Shown: one piece after another, positions 10,637 through 21,566 of the stretch | Numbering within the stretch: the first letter of the stretch is position 1 | Layout: each line of letters opens with the position of its first letter | Source: Longimicrobiales bacterium | GTDB lineage: Bacteria; Gemmatimonadota; Gemmatimonadetes; Longimicrobiales; Gaopeijiaceae | Assembly (NCBI GenBank): GCA_965208295.1 | Contig: OZ242328.1 | Span: forward strand, 1,568,220 to 1,632,219 | Direction of reading: 5' to 3' | DNA: 64,000 nucleotides | The notes under the pieces: model-generated | The model's database searches: none | Seen by the model: the letters and a program-made list of their open reading frames with translations, nothing else | Told to the model about the DNA's origin: nothing | Program-made: the position numbers and the translations under genes

Positions 10637-12316
10637 TCACCGTGAACCCGCATTCAGCACCTCGTCACGGGTTCCCGTCATCTCCCAACGCGTCAGCACG
10701 ACGGGGATCACCCCCGCGGCGAAGAACGCGTCGAAAAAGCCCTTCATCGTGAAGTCGCCGCCCTCCTGGATCGCCCACTCGGCCATCAGCTCCTCGATCT
10801 GGATCTTGCCGGTCAGGTAGCTGGTCCCGTAGCCGGGCTGCTGCAGGTAGAGGTGCTGCTCGTTTCGGACCAGCGCGGCATCGGGCAGCCAGCCCCGGGG
10901 GGTCCACTCGGTGGCGTGCGCGACCGCCTCCTCCATGTCGAAGACATTGCCGTGCAGATAGAGCCCGCTGAGGGCACGGGCCGCGCGTTGCGCGAGCATG
11001 ATCCACACCAGTTCGCGGGACCTCGGCTTTCCGTCCAGCAGGCCCCCGTGCATCGTCATCTCCTCCATTCCCGTAGCCAGACCCTCCGATCGAGCATCCC
11101 AAATGTTATATAGCAGCGGCGTACTGCGTAAAACACTGGGGTGGGACGCCTCGGCCATGGCCGCCAGTTCGATCCAGTGGTGAAGGTGGGCCCGCAGGAC
11201 GATCGGATCGCGGTAATTCACTTCGCTGAAGAAGTTACGGATTTCGCCGGGAGCCGCGGTTGGGGTGAAGGTCCCGTTCTTCGCCCGCAGCGCGGGGTCC
11301 ATCCACTCCTCCACCGTCTGGATCCCGTCGTCCTCCAGGAAGCGCATGTATTCGGTCACGGCCTCGTTCAGGCGGCGGTCGTATTCCTCCGCGCTGGCGA
11401 TCCGCTGCAGTTCGGGGAGGCCCCGGTTGCGGTGCTCTTCCAGCCGCAGCGACGAGTGGGCGCGCGCCAGTTCGCGGCGCATGAGGGTGACTTGCTCCTC
11501 CCACGAATAGGGGACCAGGTGCACGTTCTGCATGTACCAGGTGTAGTTGTCCCTGCCGACCCCGGATGGGCCGGTCTTCGCGTCGGCGAGACCCCCGATC
11601 CAGTCGTGGAATTCGTCGGTGGCGGTCCGCGCGGATGCAATCGCCGCGTCCAGTGACCCGCTCGTCCCGGCCACCCGCACGGCCAGCGCGTCCAGATCCC
11701 GTGCCTGTGCCCGGAAGGACCTCAGGCCCGCCACCCACAGATCGTGCGCGTCGCCCGTCAGGTTGGTGCGCGCCTGGTCCAGCAGCGCGGGAATGGTGCC
11801 GATCCCGGCCGCCAGCTCCTCCGCGGCCTCGGCCGAGAGGGGGTACTCGTAGGTCCACAGATCGATCCAGCCGTGGTGGACCGGTCCCTCGTGGGCGGGG
11901 ACGTCGCTCTGCGCGGCGAAGATCGTGACGTAGAAGGCCGGGTTGCGGGCCCACGGCCGCCGGACCCGGTGGTCGAAGTCGAGTCCGTTCATCTCGGCGC
12001 GCACGAGGTGCCAGTCGATCTGTTGCGCGACCGGCCAGTCCTTCGGGTCGATCGCGTCGAGGCGCGCGCGCCAGCGGGGCAGTTCCTCGTACTGTGCGGC
12101 CATCGCGTCGGCTGAATAGTCGGGCACTCCGTCTGCGAACGACGGGGCCTCGAATGCGCGCCACTCGGCGAAGAGCGTGGTGAGGTCGGCGTAGCTGCCC
12201 GGCTCCGCGCTGTCGTGGGGCGGATCCGGGTCGGGGGCCGCGCAGGTCGTTGCCGCCGACCACAGGAGCGCGGTCAGGGAACATTGCGCAACCACGCGCG
12301 CCTTCTGAGTCGTCAC
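10637..12316 (-). CDS. DUF885-family lipoprotein
   Basis: Signal/lipobox ...LLWSAATTCAAP. The length (559 aa) and sequence pattern (DWHLVRAEMNGLDFDH..., ...YLTGKIQIEEL...) recall DUF885 proteins. Family call is from memory only. Confidence 0.65.
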   Translation of the reverse strand: MTTQKARVVAQCSLTALLWSAATTCAAPDPDPPHDSAEPGSYADLTTLFAEWRAFEAPSFADGVPDYSADAMAAQYEELPRWRARLDAIDPKDWPVAQQIDWHLVRAEMNGLDFDHRVRRPWARNPAFYVTIFAAQSDVPAHEGPVHHGWIDLWTYEYPLSAEAAEELAAGIGTIPALLDQARTNLTGDAHDLWVAGLRSFRAQARDLDALAVRVAGTSGSLDAAIASARTATDEFHDWIGGLADAKTGPSGVGRDNYTWYMQNVHLVPYSWEEQVTLMRRELARAHSSLRLEEHRNRGLPELQRIASAEEYDRRLNEAVTEYMRFLEDDGIQTVEEWMDPALRAKNGTFTPTAAPGEIRNFFSEVNYRDPIVLRAHLHHWIELAAMAEASHPSVLRSTPLLYNIWDARSEGLATGMEEMTMHGGLLDGKPRSRELVWIMLAQRAARALSGLYLHGNVFDMEEAVAHATEWTPRGWLPDAALVRNEQHLYLQQPGYGTSYLTGKIQIEELMAEWAIQEGGDFTMKGFFDAFFAAGVIPVVLTRWEMTGTRDEVLNAGSR

Positions 12317-12322
12317 CCTCGG

Positions 12323-12913
12323 TCAGCCCTCCGACCACGGAGGCGTGACGCCGTTCATGCGTGCGTACGCAATCGACTGTCCCAGGTGCTCGTGGCAGTG
12401 GGTGATCACCAGCAGGAGGGCTCCCCTTACCGAGGTCTCGCGACCGAACAGGTCAACGGCCTCCTGCAGGCGGGCATCCGAAGAGTTCTGGACGACCTCG
12501 GCCACGTAGTCGAACGATGCGGCGAGCGCTTCGAGGATGGTCTTCCTGTCTGTGATCGATTCGGCGTTCTCGAAATCGTACCAGGCGGGATCGGCCATGG
12601 CCGGCGGCGGCACCTGCAGCACGCTCGCGACGATTCCAAAGTTGGCCGCCACGATGTGCATGTAGACCTCCGACACGGACCGGACGCCTGCCTCCGGACT
12701 CCACCCGTATGCCTCCTCCGGCACGGCCCCGGCCAGGCGGAGGTACTTCTCGCGGAGCTCGCCCAGGTCGGCCAGCATCTCCGACTGGGTAGTGGTGGTA
12801 CTGAGGGGCGGTCCCTCCGCCTCCGCAGCGTCGGCGCCGGTCTCGGCCGGTTCGCATGCCGTCGCGACCAGTACGCACATTCCCCCCATCAGCCACAGAC
12901 GCCGTCTCTTCAC
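12323..12913 (-). CDS. DinB-family metal-dependent protein with lipoprotein signal
   Basis: C-terminal LLLVITHCHEHLGQSIAYARMNG and VSEVYMHIVAANFG are DinB-fold His motifs. The GTG at 12913 is preceded by GGGAG 9 nt upstream and gives VKRRRLWLMGGMCVLVATAC (lipobox). Confidence 0.7.
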   Translation of the reverse strand: MKRRRLWLMGGMCVLVATACEPAETGADAAEAEGPPLSTTTTQSEMLADLGELREKYLRLAGAVPEEAYGWSPEAGVRSVSEVYMHIVAANFGIVASVLQVPPPAMADPAWYDFENAESITDRKTILEALAASFDYVAEVVQNSSDARLQEAVDLFGRETSVRGALLLVITHCHEHLGQSIAYARMNGVTPPWSEG

Positions 12914-12999
12914 TGGATTGCTCCCGATTCGGGGTGATTTTGGAATCCTGCCCAATCTTAATCTACGTCCGCCGGGAGCGAAAACTTCAAGTCGGGGCC

Positions 13000-14817
13000 T
13001 CACACCGGGTTGTCGTCCGCCCCCGACCCCGGCAGGAGCTCCTCCCCCGGATTAACGAACCGGTTCATCTCGATCCGGTACTGGCGGTCGTGCAGCTCCC
13101 GGTAGCGGCCCTGAGCCTCCATCAGTTCCTCGTGCGATCCCCGCTCCACGATCCGGCCCTCCTCGACCACCAGGATCTGGTCCGCGCTGCGGATGGTCGA
13201 GAGCCGGTGGGCGATGACGAAGGTGGTGCGGCCGCGGCGGAGCGCGCGCAATCCCTCCTGGATCTGGGCCTCGCTCTCCGAATCGAGGCTCGAGGTGGCC
13301 TCGTCCAGCACGAGGATCCTGGGGTCGGCCAGGATCGCGCGGGCAATCGCCAGCCTCTGCCGCTGCCCGCCCGACACCTTGATGCCGCGCTCCCCGATGA
13401 TCGTGTCGTAGCCGTCGGGGAAGGCGGTGATGAACTCGTGGCAGTGCGCCAGCCTGGCCGCGCGCACTACGTCGTCGCGGGTGGCGCGGGTGCGTCCGTA
13501 GCGGATGTTGTACTCGATGGTGTCGTCGAAGAGGAAGTTGTCCTGGAGCACGACGCCCACATGGCGCCGGTAGTCGGCGAGCCGCAGGCGGGACAGGTCG
13601 CGGCCGTCGATCAGAACGCGCCCGGAGTCGGGTGCGTTGAATGAGAGGACGAGGCTGGCCAGGGTGCTCTTGCCCGAACCGGACGATCCGACCAGCGCGG
13701 TCGTGGAACCGGGCGGCGCTTTGAGTGACACGCCCCGCAGCACGGGTACCTGTTCGTCGTATGCGAAGGACACGTTGTCGAAGGTGATTCCGCCCTCCGT
13801 CCCCCGAATCGGTTCCTTTCCCTCGTCGCCGTCGATCTCCGTCGACATCGAACGCAGCTCCCGAATGCGGTCCAGCCCGGCGAAGGCCTCGGTGATCTGC
13901 GTCCCGATACTCGCCATCTGTACCAGGGGACCGGCCATCATCCCGGTCAGGAAGACGTACATCACGAAGCCGCCCAGCGTCATGTCGCCGCCGAGGATCG
14001 CGCGTCCCCCAATCACGATCATCACCACGCTGATCGAACCGACGATCACCGACGAGAACGATGTCACCGCAGAGACCCCCAGAATCGACCGGGCCACGTT
14101 GCGCAGCAGCCGGTGGGCCCCGCGCGCGAAGACCAGGTCCTCCTTGCGTTCGGAGGTGTACGCCTTGACGATGCGCACCCCCGCGAAGCTCTCGCCCAGC
14201 CGCCCGGTCACCTCTGCGTTGATGCGGCCCCGTTCGCGGAAGAGCGGCCGCAGTCGCCGGAACGCGAAGGCCATGGCACCCCCGAAGAGGAGAAGCACCG
14301 CCATGGTGAAGACGGTCAGCTGCCAGTTCAGGTAGAGCAGGATGGCGAAGCAGGCCACCGAGGTGACCACGCCCCCGGTGAGTTGCACGAGACCCGTCCC
14401 GACCAGGTTCCGGATCCCCTCCGCGTCCGTCATGACGCGCGAGATGAGAACGCCGGACTTGGTGGAATCGAAGTAGCCGACCGGAAGCCGCGCCACGTGG
14501 GCCTGTACGGTCTTGCGCATCTCGGTGATGGCTCTCTGGGCCGTGACGCCCAGGATCCGGGACAGCGAGAAGGTGCTGGCGCCCTGGATGAGCGTGGCGG
14601 CCGCGACGACGAGGGCCAGCGGCACCAGAAGCTCCGCGCGCCCCTGCCCCACCACATCGTCGATCAGGAACTTGGAGGAGGCGGGGGGGACGAGCCCCGC
14701 CAGCCGACCCACGACCATGACCACGAGACCGAATGCCACCCGGCGGCGGTAGCGCCAGATGATCTCGCGGGCCTCCTTCCAGACTCTGGCCGGCTGCAGC
14801 TTCGTCTTCTCGCGCAC
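13000..14817 (-). CDS. ABC exporter, fused permease/ATPase (MsbA/lipid-A-export-like)
   Basis: Six-TM exporter domain followed by Walker A GSSGSGKST, signature VSGGQRQRLAIARA and Walker B ILVLDEATSSLD. The track start at 15219 runs into the TPR gene, so the GTG at 14817 (after GGAGGAA) is my best guess. The start remains uncertain. Confidence 0.85.
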   Translation of the reverse strand: MREKTKLQPARVWKEAREIIWRYRRRVAFGLVVMVVGRLAGLVPPASSKFLIDDVVGQGRAELLVPLALVVAAATLIQGASTFSLSRILGVTAQRAITEMRKTVQAHVARLPVGYFDSTKSGVLISRVMTDAEGIRNLVGTGLVQLTGGVVTSVACFAILLYLNWQLTVFTMAVLLLFGGAMAFAFRRLRPLFRERGRINAEVTGRLGESFAGVRIVKAYTSERKEDLVFARGAHRLLRNVARSILGVSAVTSFSSVIVGSISVVMIVIGGRAILGGDMTLGGFVMYVFLTGMMAGPLVQMASIGTQITEAFAGLDRIRELRSMSTEIDGDEGKEPIRGTEGGITFDNVSFAYDEQVPVLRGVSLKAPPGSTTALVGSSGSGKSTLASLVLSFNAPDSGRVLIDGRDLSRLRLADYRRHVGVVLQDNFLFDDTIEYNIRYGRTRATRDDVVRAARLAHCHEFITAFPDGYDTIIGERGIKVSGGQRQRLAIARAILADPRILVLDEATSSLDSESEAQIQEGLRALRRGRTTFVIAHRLSTIRSADQILVVEEGRIVERGSHEELMEAQGRYRELHDRQYRIEMNRFVNPGEELLPGSGADDNPV

Positions 14818-14938
14818 TTCCTCCGGTCCCGTCCTGGGTTGCTGGAAACGAGCGGCCCGCCTCCCGCGCGCTGCTGGCGACGGGGGGCGGGCTGCCCGGG
14901 TGAGTGGGCTGGTGGTCCGGAGCGGTCGTGCGTCCCCC

Positions 14939-15943
14939 TCAATCCGCCTGCCAACGGCCCTGCCAGGGGTATTCAACGGGACCCGGCTCTTCCCCCTCCG
15001 GCGTGCCCACCAGTCCCTTCCGATAATCGTCCGCGAGGAGGTCCGTGTCCACCTCGGGCACGGCTTCTTCTCCCACGAGCTCCCGCAGACGGGCCACGCT
15101 GGCCGCCGCCCGGGTGTGGTCGGGGTCGATGGCGACGGCCGCGGCGAAGGCCTGCAGCGCAGCCGCCGGGTAGCCCGCTCCCTCCAGCGCCGCGCCCAGG
15201 TTCGAATGGAACATCGCATTCGTGCTGTCCAGCTGCGCTGCCAGCGCCAGCGGCCCCACCGCCTCGTCGTGACGGCCGCGCAGGATGAGCAGGTAGCCCA
15301 TGTTGTTGAGCGACCAGCGATCGTCGGGGTCGAGCCACAGCGCCTCCTCGTACATCTCGAGCGCGGCGACCGGGTCTCCGCCCTCGGCCAGCGTCCGCGC
15401 CAGGACGCGCCTGGCGGCGACCGACGACGGGTCGAGCTCCGTGGCCAGCGTCGCGTGCTCCTTCGCCTCGTGCGGACGCCCGATCTCGATGAGCACGCGG
15501 GCCAGGTTCACCCTGCCCTTCACATGGTCGGGAGCGTACGCCACCCACTCCCGCAGATGGCTCTCCGCGGCGGTCGTCTCACCACCCTTCCAGGCGGAGA
15601 TTCCCTCGTCGTAGTGCTCCCAGGGAGACATCGGGGTGGCGGTGGTCTCCGGCTCCGGAGTCTCGTCTTCGGTTGGGTCTGCGACCTCGCTCGCCTTCAT
15701 CTCCGCCGTGTCCGGCGACGGGGACGGCATGGTGACTTCGGCCGCGACGGGCATCCGAGGCTGGGCCGGCGTGGCCATCACCGTCTGCGCGCCAACCTCG
15801 ACATAGGCGACCTCCTCCATCGGGTCGTCCCGTTTCTCGCCGTCGCACGCCATCGCGGCGGCGAAGAGCGCGGCCCCAAGCGCCGCGGCTGTCCAGCGCA
15901 GCACTCTCTCCGAACGATCGTTTCCTGCGTTTCTGCTCTTCAT
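14939..15943 (-). CDS. TPR-repeat lipoprotein
   Basis: The ATG at 15943 is preceded by AGGAGG. Lipobox LFAAAMAC. Several TPR units (...EAKEHATLATELDPSS..., ...ALEMYEEALWLDPDD..., ...ALQAFAAAVAIDPDH...). Confidence 0.8.
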   Translation of the reverse strand: MKSRNAGNDRSERVLRWTAAALGAALFAAAMACDGEKRDDPMEEVAYVEVGAQTVMATPAQPRMPVAAEVTMPSPSPDTAEMKASEVADPTEDETPEPETTATPMSPWEHYDEGISAWKGGETTAAESHLREWVAYAPDHVKGRVNLARVLIEIGRPHEAKEHATLATELDPSSVAARRVLARTLAEGGDPVAALEMYEEALWLDPDDRWSLNNMGYLLILRGRHDEAVGPLALAAQLDSTNAMFHSNLGAALEGAGYPAAALQAFAAAVAIDPDHTRAAASVARLRELVGEEAVPEVDTDLLADDYRKGLVGTPEGEEPGPVEYPWQGRWQAD

Positions 15944-16244
15944 CCTGTCCTCCTGTTCCCTGGCCCGCGGCTGCCCGGCCGGATCTCGTTCCAGCCGCGG
16001 GCGCCAGGGCCGTTGCACTTGCCTGCCATAGGGGCAATGGGCGGGCCAGGAAGCCGAGAAGGGAGGTTGGAGGACGCTAAGGCGTTGTGATAACGGGATT
16101 TGGGTGACTGAGGGCGTCGTGTGGGACGCGAATCCGATTGGCTGTTCGTGTACGAACGGACACGAGTGGGAAGGCGGGGTGGTGATCGCGGGGCCACCGG
16201 TTGCGGGGCGGGAGGGGAGACGGGCGGTGGATTCGCGCCGGCGC

Positions 16245-17618
16245 TCAATCCGTCGGGCGGCGGATCCCCAGACGGTTCATGATCTTGAGAAGGCTGGAGT
16301 GGTCGGCGAGACCGAGGGCGCGGGCCGTCTGACCGATCTTCCAGTCGTTGGCGTCGAGGGCGGCGCGCACGATCCGGGTCTCCGCGACGACCTTCTGCTC
16401 GCGGAAGGTGCCCGGCGGAGGACCGGCCGCCGTCCCCGGCCGTGCGTCGCGTGGCGCCAGGTCGGGCGGCAGATCGCCGGCCTCGAGCGCGGCCCCGTCC
16501 GACGCGATGATCATGCGTTCGACGGTGTTCCGCAGCTCCCGCACGTTGTTGCGTCCCCATTGACGCGATTGGAGCGCGGCCACGGCCTCGTCCGACAGGG
16601 GGCGCGGCGCGAACCCCAGAGCGGGCGCCAGAGAGGCCGCGAAGTGTGCGGCCAGCAGGGGGACATCGCCGGGCCGTTCGCGCAGCGGCGGCACACGCAG
16701 CACATGCACGTTGAGCCTGTACAGCAGATCTTCCCGGAAGGATCCCTTCTCCACCTCGGCGTCGAGGTCGCGATGGGTGGCCGCCACCACCCGCGCACCG
16801 ACCACAATGGCGTCCTCGCCACCGAGGCGCGTCACCTCGCCCCCCTCAAGCACCCTCAGGAGACGCGCCTGCACGCTTCCCGGCAGTTCGCCGATCTCGT
16901 CCAGAAAGAGGGTTCCGGCGGAGGCGCGCTCGAAGGCGCCCCGCCGCGCCTTGACCGCCCCCGTGAAGGCCCCGCGGTCGTGCCCGAAGAGGTCGCTGTC
17001 GACCAGTCCCTCCGATATGCCGCCGCAGTTGACCGGGACGAACGCTTCGTCGCGGCGCGGGCTCAGCCGGTGCAGCTCCCGCGCGACCAGCTCCTTGCCG
17101 GTACCGCTCTCGCCCAGGACAAGCACCGGACTGGGAATGCGCGCCAGGCGGCCGATCGCCGACCGCAGCCCCAGCATGGCTTCGCTCTCGCCGATCAGCG
17201 GCGAGGACCCGGACACCTGTTCCTCCAGCTGGCCGAGCCGGTCGCGCAGGTCGGACTGGCGGAGCGCCAGGCGGACCTCGTGCACCACGCGCTCCATCGA
17301 TTCGGCCTTGTCGACGAACCCGAAGGCCCCGAGCCGCACCGCCTCCACGCAGCGGTCGAAGCTCCCGGTCCCGGTGTAGACGATGACCGGCACGTCGATC
17401 TCCTGGTGCTCCATGGCCCTGAGCACGTCGAACCCGTCGAGGCCGGGCATCTCCAGGTCGAGGATCACGCAGTCGACCACCTCGCGCGCAAGGATGTCGA
17501 GACCCTCCGCCCCTCCGCCCGCCACCCGCGTACGGAAGCGCCCCAGGCGCTCGAGGTCATAGGCGTACTGCTCGGCCAAGGGACGCACATCGTCCACGAT
17601 CAGCACCAGCTTTCGCAC
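16245..17618 (-). CDS. Sigma54-dependent response regulator (NtrC family)
   Basis: REC domain (LIVDDV...DCVILDLEMPGLDG). AAA+ sigma54-interaction domain (GESGTGKELVAREL, GAFTGA, LFLDEIGEL). C-terminal Fis-type HTH. Confidence 0.9.
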   Translation of the reverse strand: MRKLVLIVDDVRPLAEQYAYDLERLGRFRTRVAGGGAEGLDILAREVVDCVILDLEMPGLDGFDVLRAMEHQEIDVPVIVYTGTGSFDRCVEAVRLGAFGFVDKAESMERVVHEVRLALRQSDLRDRLGQLEEQVSGSSPLIGESEAMLGLRSAIGRLARIPSPVLVLGESGTGKELVARELHRLSPRRDEAFVPVNCGGISEGLVDSDLFGHDRGAFTGAVKARRGAFERASAGTLFLDEIGELPGSVQARLLRVLEGGEVTRLGGEDAIVVGARVVAATHRDLDAEVEKGSFREDLLYRLNVHVLRVPPLRERPGDVPLLAAHFAASLAPALGFAPRPLSDEAVAALQSRQWGRNNVRELRNTVERMIIASDGAALEAGDLPPDLAPRDARPGTAAGPPPGTFREQKVVAETRIVRAALDANDWKIGQTARALGLADHSSLLKIMNRLGIRRPTD

Positions 17619-19381
17619 TACACCTCCTCGCAGTCCGTGGATCGGGTACCGCGCACCGTTTTTTGGTGCGCGCTCTCCGAGGGTTCCGTCGCAACGAGGA
17701 TCACATGCACGGAAGTCCCCCGTCCCTGTTCGCTCTCAAGTACAATCCTGCCACCGACATCGGTGACCAGGCGGCGGGCGATCGCCAGGCCCAGCCCCGT
17801 CCCTTCCCGCCGCGAGGTGAAGAAGGGCTCGAAGACCCGGGCGCGCAACTCGGCGGGGATTCCGGGCCCGTCGTCCGCCACCGTCAGCGTGTAGGCCGCC
17901 GCTCCCTCCCCCCCCGCATCCCCCAGCGACACGACCACTTCGCCCCCCTCCCCCTCCACCGCCGCCACCGCGTTCGTCACCAGGTTCTCGACCACGCGCC
18001 TGAGGGACACGGCGTCCATCTCCACCCACGCTTCCTCCGCACCCAGCGATTCGACGATGCGCACCCCCTCCGGCACCTCCGTGTACGACGCGACGACGGC
18101 ACGGGCCACCCCCGCCAGCTCCGCGCGATCCTTGCGGCCGTGCACGGCCACCGCCCGGTACTGATCGGCCAGGTCACCCAAATAGTCGAGGCTATCGACG
18201 AGCGTGCGGGACCGCGCCGCGAAGGCATCGGACAGGTCGCCGGGGCCGCTTCGGTGCGCCTGGCCGAGGTGGTCCAGGACGTTGCGTATGGGGACGAGTC
18301 CGTTACGCACGTCGTGATTGACCTGGCGCGCCAACTCGCCCACCGTGGCACGCTTCTCGGCGTCGCGGACCCTCGCCACCTCTTCGCGAATCCGCTTCAG
18401 CATGCCGTCGAGGAAATAGCTGAGGCGGTCCAGCTCCCGGCCGCCGCCGCGCCCGAAGGTCGTGTCCAGACGTCCCAGGTGCACCCTTCGCGCGGTATCG
18501 GCGAGCCTCTCGACCGGACCCGACAGGCGGGGCGCGAGAATGCCGCCCAGCAGCAGGGCCAGCAGGGCCGAGCCCGCGAGAGACAGCAGGAGAGCGCGGT
18601 CCCAGTCCCGGACCATGGCGGCAAGCACCGGATTCCGCCACGCCAGATACAGCCCTACATCGGCGAATTCGGTCTCGTCGTCCCACCCCAGCCACCCCGC
18701 ACCCCCGATGCGGCGCCGGCCATCGATCTCCGCGCGGCCGGGCAGCGTCCCACCCGGGCCCGGCACCACCCGCTCCTCCCCGCCCCCATCCCCCTCCGCG
18801 CGTGCCAGCAGCCACACGTCCCGGCCCGCGGGCACGGCCTCCAGGTCCGCCAGCCCCGTCCCCACTACCGCGACCACGCCAACGCCCCCCACATCGATCC
18901 GTCGGGACCTGAGCACCGCGGTCTCATCACGCCCCGGCAGGGACACCACACCCACGACGGGCCCGTCCGGCACCTCCGCCGCCGCGGCCAGAACGGGATC
19001 GCGCCGCCCCGCGTCTCCCGGAAAGTGGCTGGCCGCCAGGATCGTGCCGGACTCGTCCAGGACGCAGGCCACCCCGACACCCCCGGCCGACGCGAAATGC
19101 GCCAGCGCATCGTCCAGCGCCTGGCCCCGCCCGGACCTGAGCGCCACCCTCACCGCGTTGTCTCCCGCCAGCAGACGTTCCAGGCTCTCAAGGCGGGCTT
19201 CCAGGCGCCGGACATCCTCCTGCCAGGATGCCGCGACTGCGTCTCCGCGCTGCTGCATGCGGAGACCGTCGGCCTCGGCCAGCCGCCTCGCACCGACCGA
19301 ACGCATCAGCAGCCCCAGCGCCAGAACCGGAATCCAGGCTACCACCAGCGCGGCGATGACGATGCGGGCTCGAAAGCTCAT
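17618..19381 (-). CDS. Sensor histidine kinase (TM-periplasmic-HAMP-HisKA-HATPase)
   Basis: The ATG at 19381 gives [26 protein letters not shown]-box region [14 protein letters not shown]. HATPase motifs ([21 protein letters not shown]). The start overlaps the upstream gene's stop (ATGA) and the stop overlaps the RR start. Confidence 0.85.
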   Translation of the reverse strand: MSFRARIVIAALVVAWIPVLALGLLMRSVGARRLAEADGLRMQQRGDAVAASWQEDVRRLEARLESLERLLAGDNAVRVALRSGRGQALDDALAHFASAGGVGVACVLDESGTILAASHFPGDAGRRDPVLAAAAEVPDGPVVGVVSLPGRDETAVLRSRRIDVGGVGVVAVVGTGLADLEAVPAGRDVWLLARAEGDGGGEERVVPGPGGTLPGRAEIDGRRRIGGAGWLGWDDETEFADVGLYLAWRNPVLAAMVRDWDRALLLSLAGSALLALLLGGILAPRLSGPVERLADTARRVHLGRLDTTFGRGGGRELDRLSYFLDGMLKRIREEVARVRDAEKRATVGELARQVNHDVRNGLVPIRNVLDHLGQAHRSGPGDLSDAFAARSRTLVDSLDYLGDLADQYRAVAVHGRKDRAELAGVARAVVASYTEVPEGVRIVESLGAEEAWVEMDAVSLRRVVENLVTNAVAAVEGEGGEVVVSLGDAGGEGAAAYTLTVADDGPGIPAELRARVFEPFFTSRREGTGLGLAIARRLVTDVGGRIVLESEQGRGTSVHVILVATEPSESAHQKTVRGTRSTDCEEV

Positions 19382-20541
19382 GGGCGGGGTGCGGATGAGG
19401 GCCCGATCGCGAAAGACGCCGTCTCGCCGATCAGGAGCACGGTCGGGGTCCCTTGTTCGGGTCCACCTTCCCACGCGCCCAGCCTGTCGCCCACCTCGGC
19501 GTACAGGGAGCACGGATGCACGGGTCCGGCGGCCACCGACATCACCGCCGCCACGTCCGTGTCGCTCCAGCGGTCGCCGCCGGGCGCAACCGGGCGCACC
19601 ACCATTCGCTCACCCGCCCCCGTCAACTCGGCGACCGTCTTCGCGAGCGGGCCGCCGGGCAACCCGAGAGAGACCATCCGGCCCGCAATCTGCCGGGCCG
19701 CGCGATCGTCCTCCGGATAACTCACCGTGGGAGGTGACGGCGTTGTCGGCCCGTCCACCCCTACGCCCACACTCGCCGGGCGCGACCCGCACGCTTCCAC
19801 GACCGACTCCCAGCGAAGAAGTGGAAGCTGCCTGGACAGCGTCGCACCCCGGTCGATCCATGCCACTCCCACGGCGTTCCGCAGGGCCTGGGCGGCCTCG
19901 TCCCCGGTGCTGCCGGCAAAGGCGACCAGATAGAGGCGGTCGAACGCCGCCAGTTGCACACTCCTGCCCAGCGACCGGGCGTACTCGATCGACGCGTCGT
20001 GCCGGGTGACGATTTCTCCCGTATCCGCATCGATGGCGTCCCGGACGTCGCCGACCGACGCCGGGAGCGGCACGCCCGCCAGCCTGGGATCCACGAAGAC
20101 ACGCGCGGGATCGCGCACCGGATCCCCGAACTCCACCCGGATGCCCCCGTCCCCGAGAACCGCGACCCGGTTCACCCTGTGCCCGAGCCAGGGCGGCTGG
20201 TCGAGCGGCGGCCAGGTATTGACGAGTTCCATGCCCTTCGGTCCCGGCGACTCGGCCAGGAATTCGAGCACAACCGTGTCGCCGGTGACCGTCCAGGTCG
20301 CCCTTCCGGGCTCGAGGCGATCCTCGCACCCCACGCGCAGCAGGGCGTACTCGGAGTTTCTGCCGTACGCGGGGCGCACGCACGGGGTCGCTGCGCCAAC
20401 GGGCGACAACGAGGGCAGGCGCACGGACGTGGGTGGGGTCACGGGTCCGGGCGTCGGTCCGGGCGGGGGTCCGGAGGGAGCCGGTCCCGATCCGCACGCC
20501 GAAAGCCAGGCGCAGAGAGTGAGCCGCATCCACAACTTCAT
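19378..20541 (-). CDS. Hypothetical lipoprotein, first gene of the kinase/regulator operon
   Basis: [19 protein letters not shown] lipobox followed by a Pro-rich linker. I recognise no family. It is translationally coupled to the kinase. Confidence 0.55.
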   Translation of the reverse strand: MKLWMRLTLCAWLSACGSGPAPSGPPPGPTPGPVTPPTSVRLPSLSPVGAATPCVRPAYGRNSEYALLRVGCEDRLEPGRATWTVTGDTVVLEFLAESPGPKGMELVNTWPPLDQPPWLGHRVNRVAVLGDGGIRVEFGDPVRDPARVFVDPRLAGVPLPASVGDVRDAIDADTGEIVTRHDASIEYARSLGRSVQLAAFDRLYLVAFAGSTGDEAAQALRNAVGVAWIDRGATLSRQLPLLRWESVVEACGSRPASVGVGVDGPTTPSPPTVSYPEDDRAARQIAGRMVSLGLPGGPLAKTVAELTGAGERMVVRPVAPGGDRWSDTDVAAVMSVAAGPVHPCSLYAEVGDRLGAWEGGPEQGTPTVLLIGETASFAIGPSSAPRP

Positions 20542-20651
20542 GCAGTACTGTAACGAAGTGACGGGCGGCGCGCCGGACTGCGCGGTGGGCGACCGTGCCC
20601 GCGTGGAGTGCAGGGATGCGTTGCGAGACGGCGGCGGTTACAATCGAACTC

Positions 20652-21557
20652 ATGACGTCCTCCCGTACAGACTCGCCCGCAATCGTCCCCGGACCGGCGG
20701 TATCCGCCGAGTGGCTGGCCGCCCATCTGGGCCGGGCCGGACTGGTGGTCCTGGACGGTTCGTGGTATCTGCCCGGGTCCGGACGGGATACGGCCCGGGA
20801 GTTCGAGGAGCGGCGGATTCCGGGGGCCCGCTTCTTCGATATCGATGTGTGCAGCGACCCCGATGCGGAGCTCCCCCACACCATTCCCCGACCGGGTCAC
20901 TTCCGGAAGTGCGCCGAAGAGGCGGGCGTGTCGGATGCCTCAGCCGTGGTCGTCTACGACGGTTCCGGCGTGAACCTCAGCGCGGCGCGGGTGTGGTGGA
21001 CCTTCCGCTACTTCGGGCACGACAACGCGGCCGTGCTGGACGGCGGCCTCAAACACTGGATCGCATCGGGTCTCCCCACCGAGTCGGGACCGTCCCTGCG
21101 CACGCTCGAGGCCCCCGCCCCCTTCACCCCCCGGCCCCGGCCCCACCTCGTCCGCACCGCCGAAGACGTCCTCGCGTCAATCGGCGCCGCGCACACCCGG
21201 ATCGTGGACATGCGGCCGGCGGGCCGTTTTGCGGGAACCGAGCCGGAACCACGGGCGGGGCTCAGATCCGGCCACGTGCCCGGGAGCCGCAACGTGCCCT
21301 ATACCGATCTCGTGGACCCCCGCACCGGTCTGGTCATCGACGACCGGACCCTGGCGAGGGTGCTGGCCCGCGCGGGGGTCGATCCCGAGAAGCAGCTGGT
21401 GGGCACATGCGGTTCGGGCACCAGCGCGTGCGCCTTTGCCTGGAAGATGGCGTGTGCGGGGCACGGCGAGGTCGCGATCTACGATGGGTCCTGGTCGCAG
21501 TGGGGCGGTCGCGACGACCTCCCGGTGGACACGGGTCCCCCGGACGTCATCGACTGA
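20652..21557 (+). CDS. sseA: 3-mercaptopyruvate sulfurtransferase (tandem rhodanese)
   Basis: Two rhodanese domains. GHVPGSRNVP and active-site loop CGSGTSAC. VVVYDGSG...AARVWWTFRYFGH. The ATG at 20652 (MTSSRTDSP) is preferred over 20595. Confidence 0.85.
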   Translation: MTSSRTDSPAIVPGPAVSAEWLAAHLGRAGLVVLDGSWYLPGSGRDTAREFEERRIPGARFFDIDVCSDPDAELPHTIPRPGHFRKCAEEAGVSDASAVVVYDGSGVNLSAARVWWTFRYFGHDNAAVLDGGLKHWIASGLPTESGPSLRTLEAPAPFTPRPRPHLVRTAEDVLASIGAAHTRIVDMRPAGRFAGTEPEPRAGLRSGHVPGSRNVPYTDLVDPRTGLVIDDRTLARVLARAGVDPEKQLVGTCGSGTSACAFAWKMACAGHGEVAIYDGSWSQWGGRDDLPVDTGPPDVID

Positions 21558-21566
21558 CGGAACGCT

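Noticed and set aside
14818-15219. N-terminal 134-codon extension of the ABC exporter ORF.
   Set aside because: It overlaps the 3' end of the TPR gene on the same strand in another frame. It is Arg/Pro-rich and precedes the normal exporter N-terminus, so an internal GTG is more plausible.
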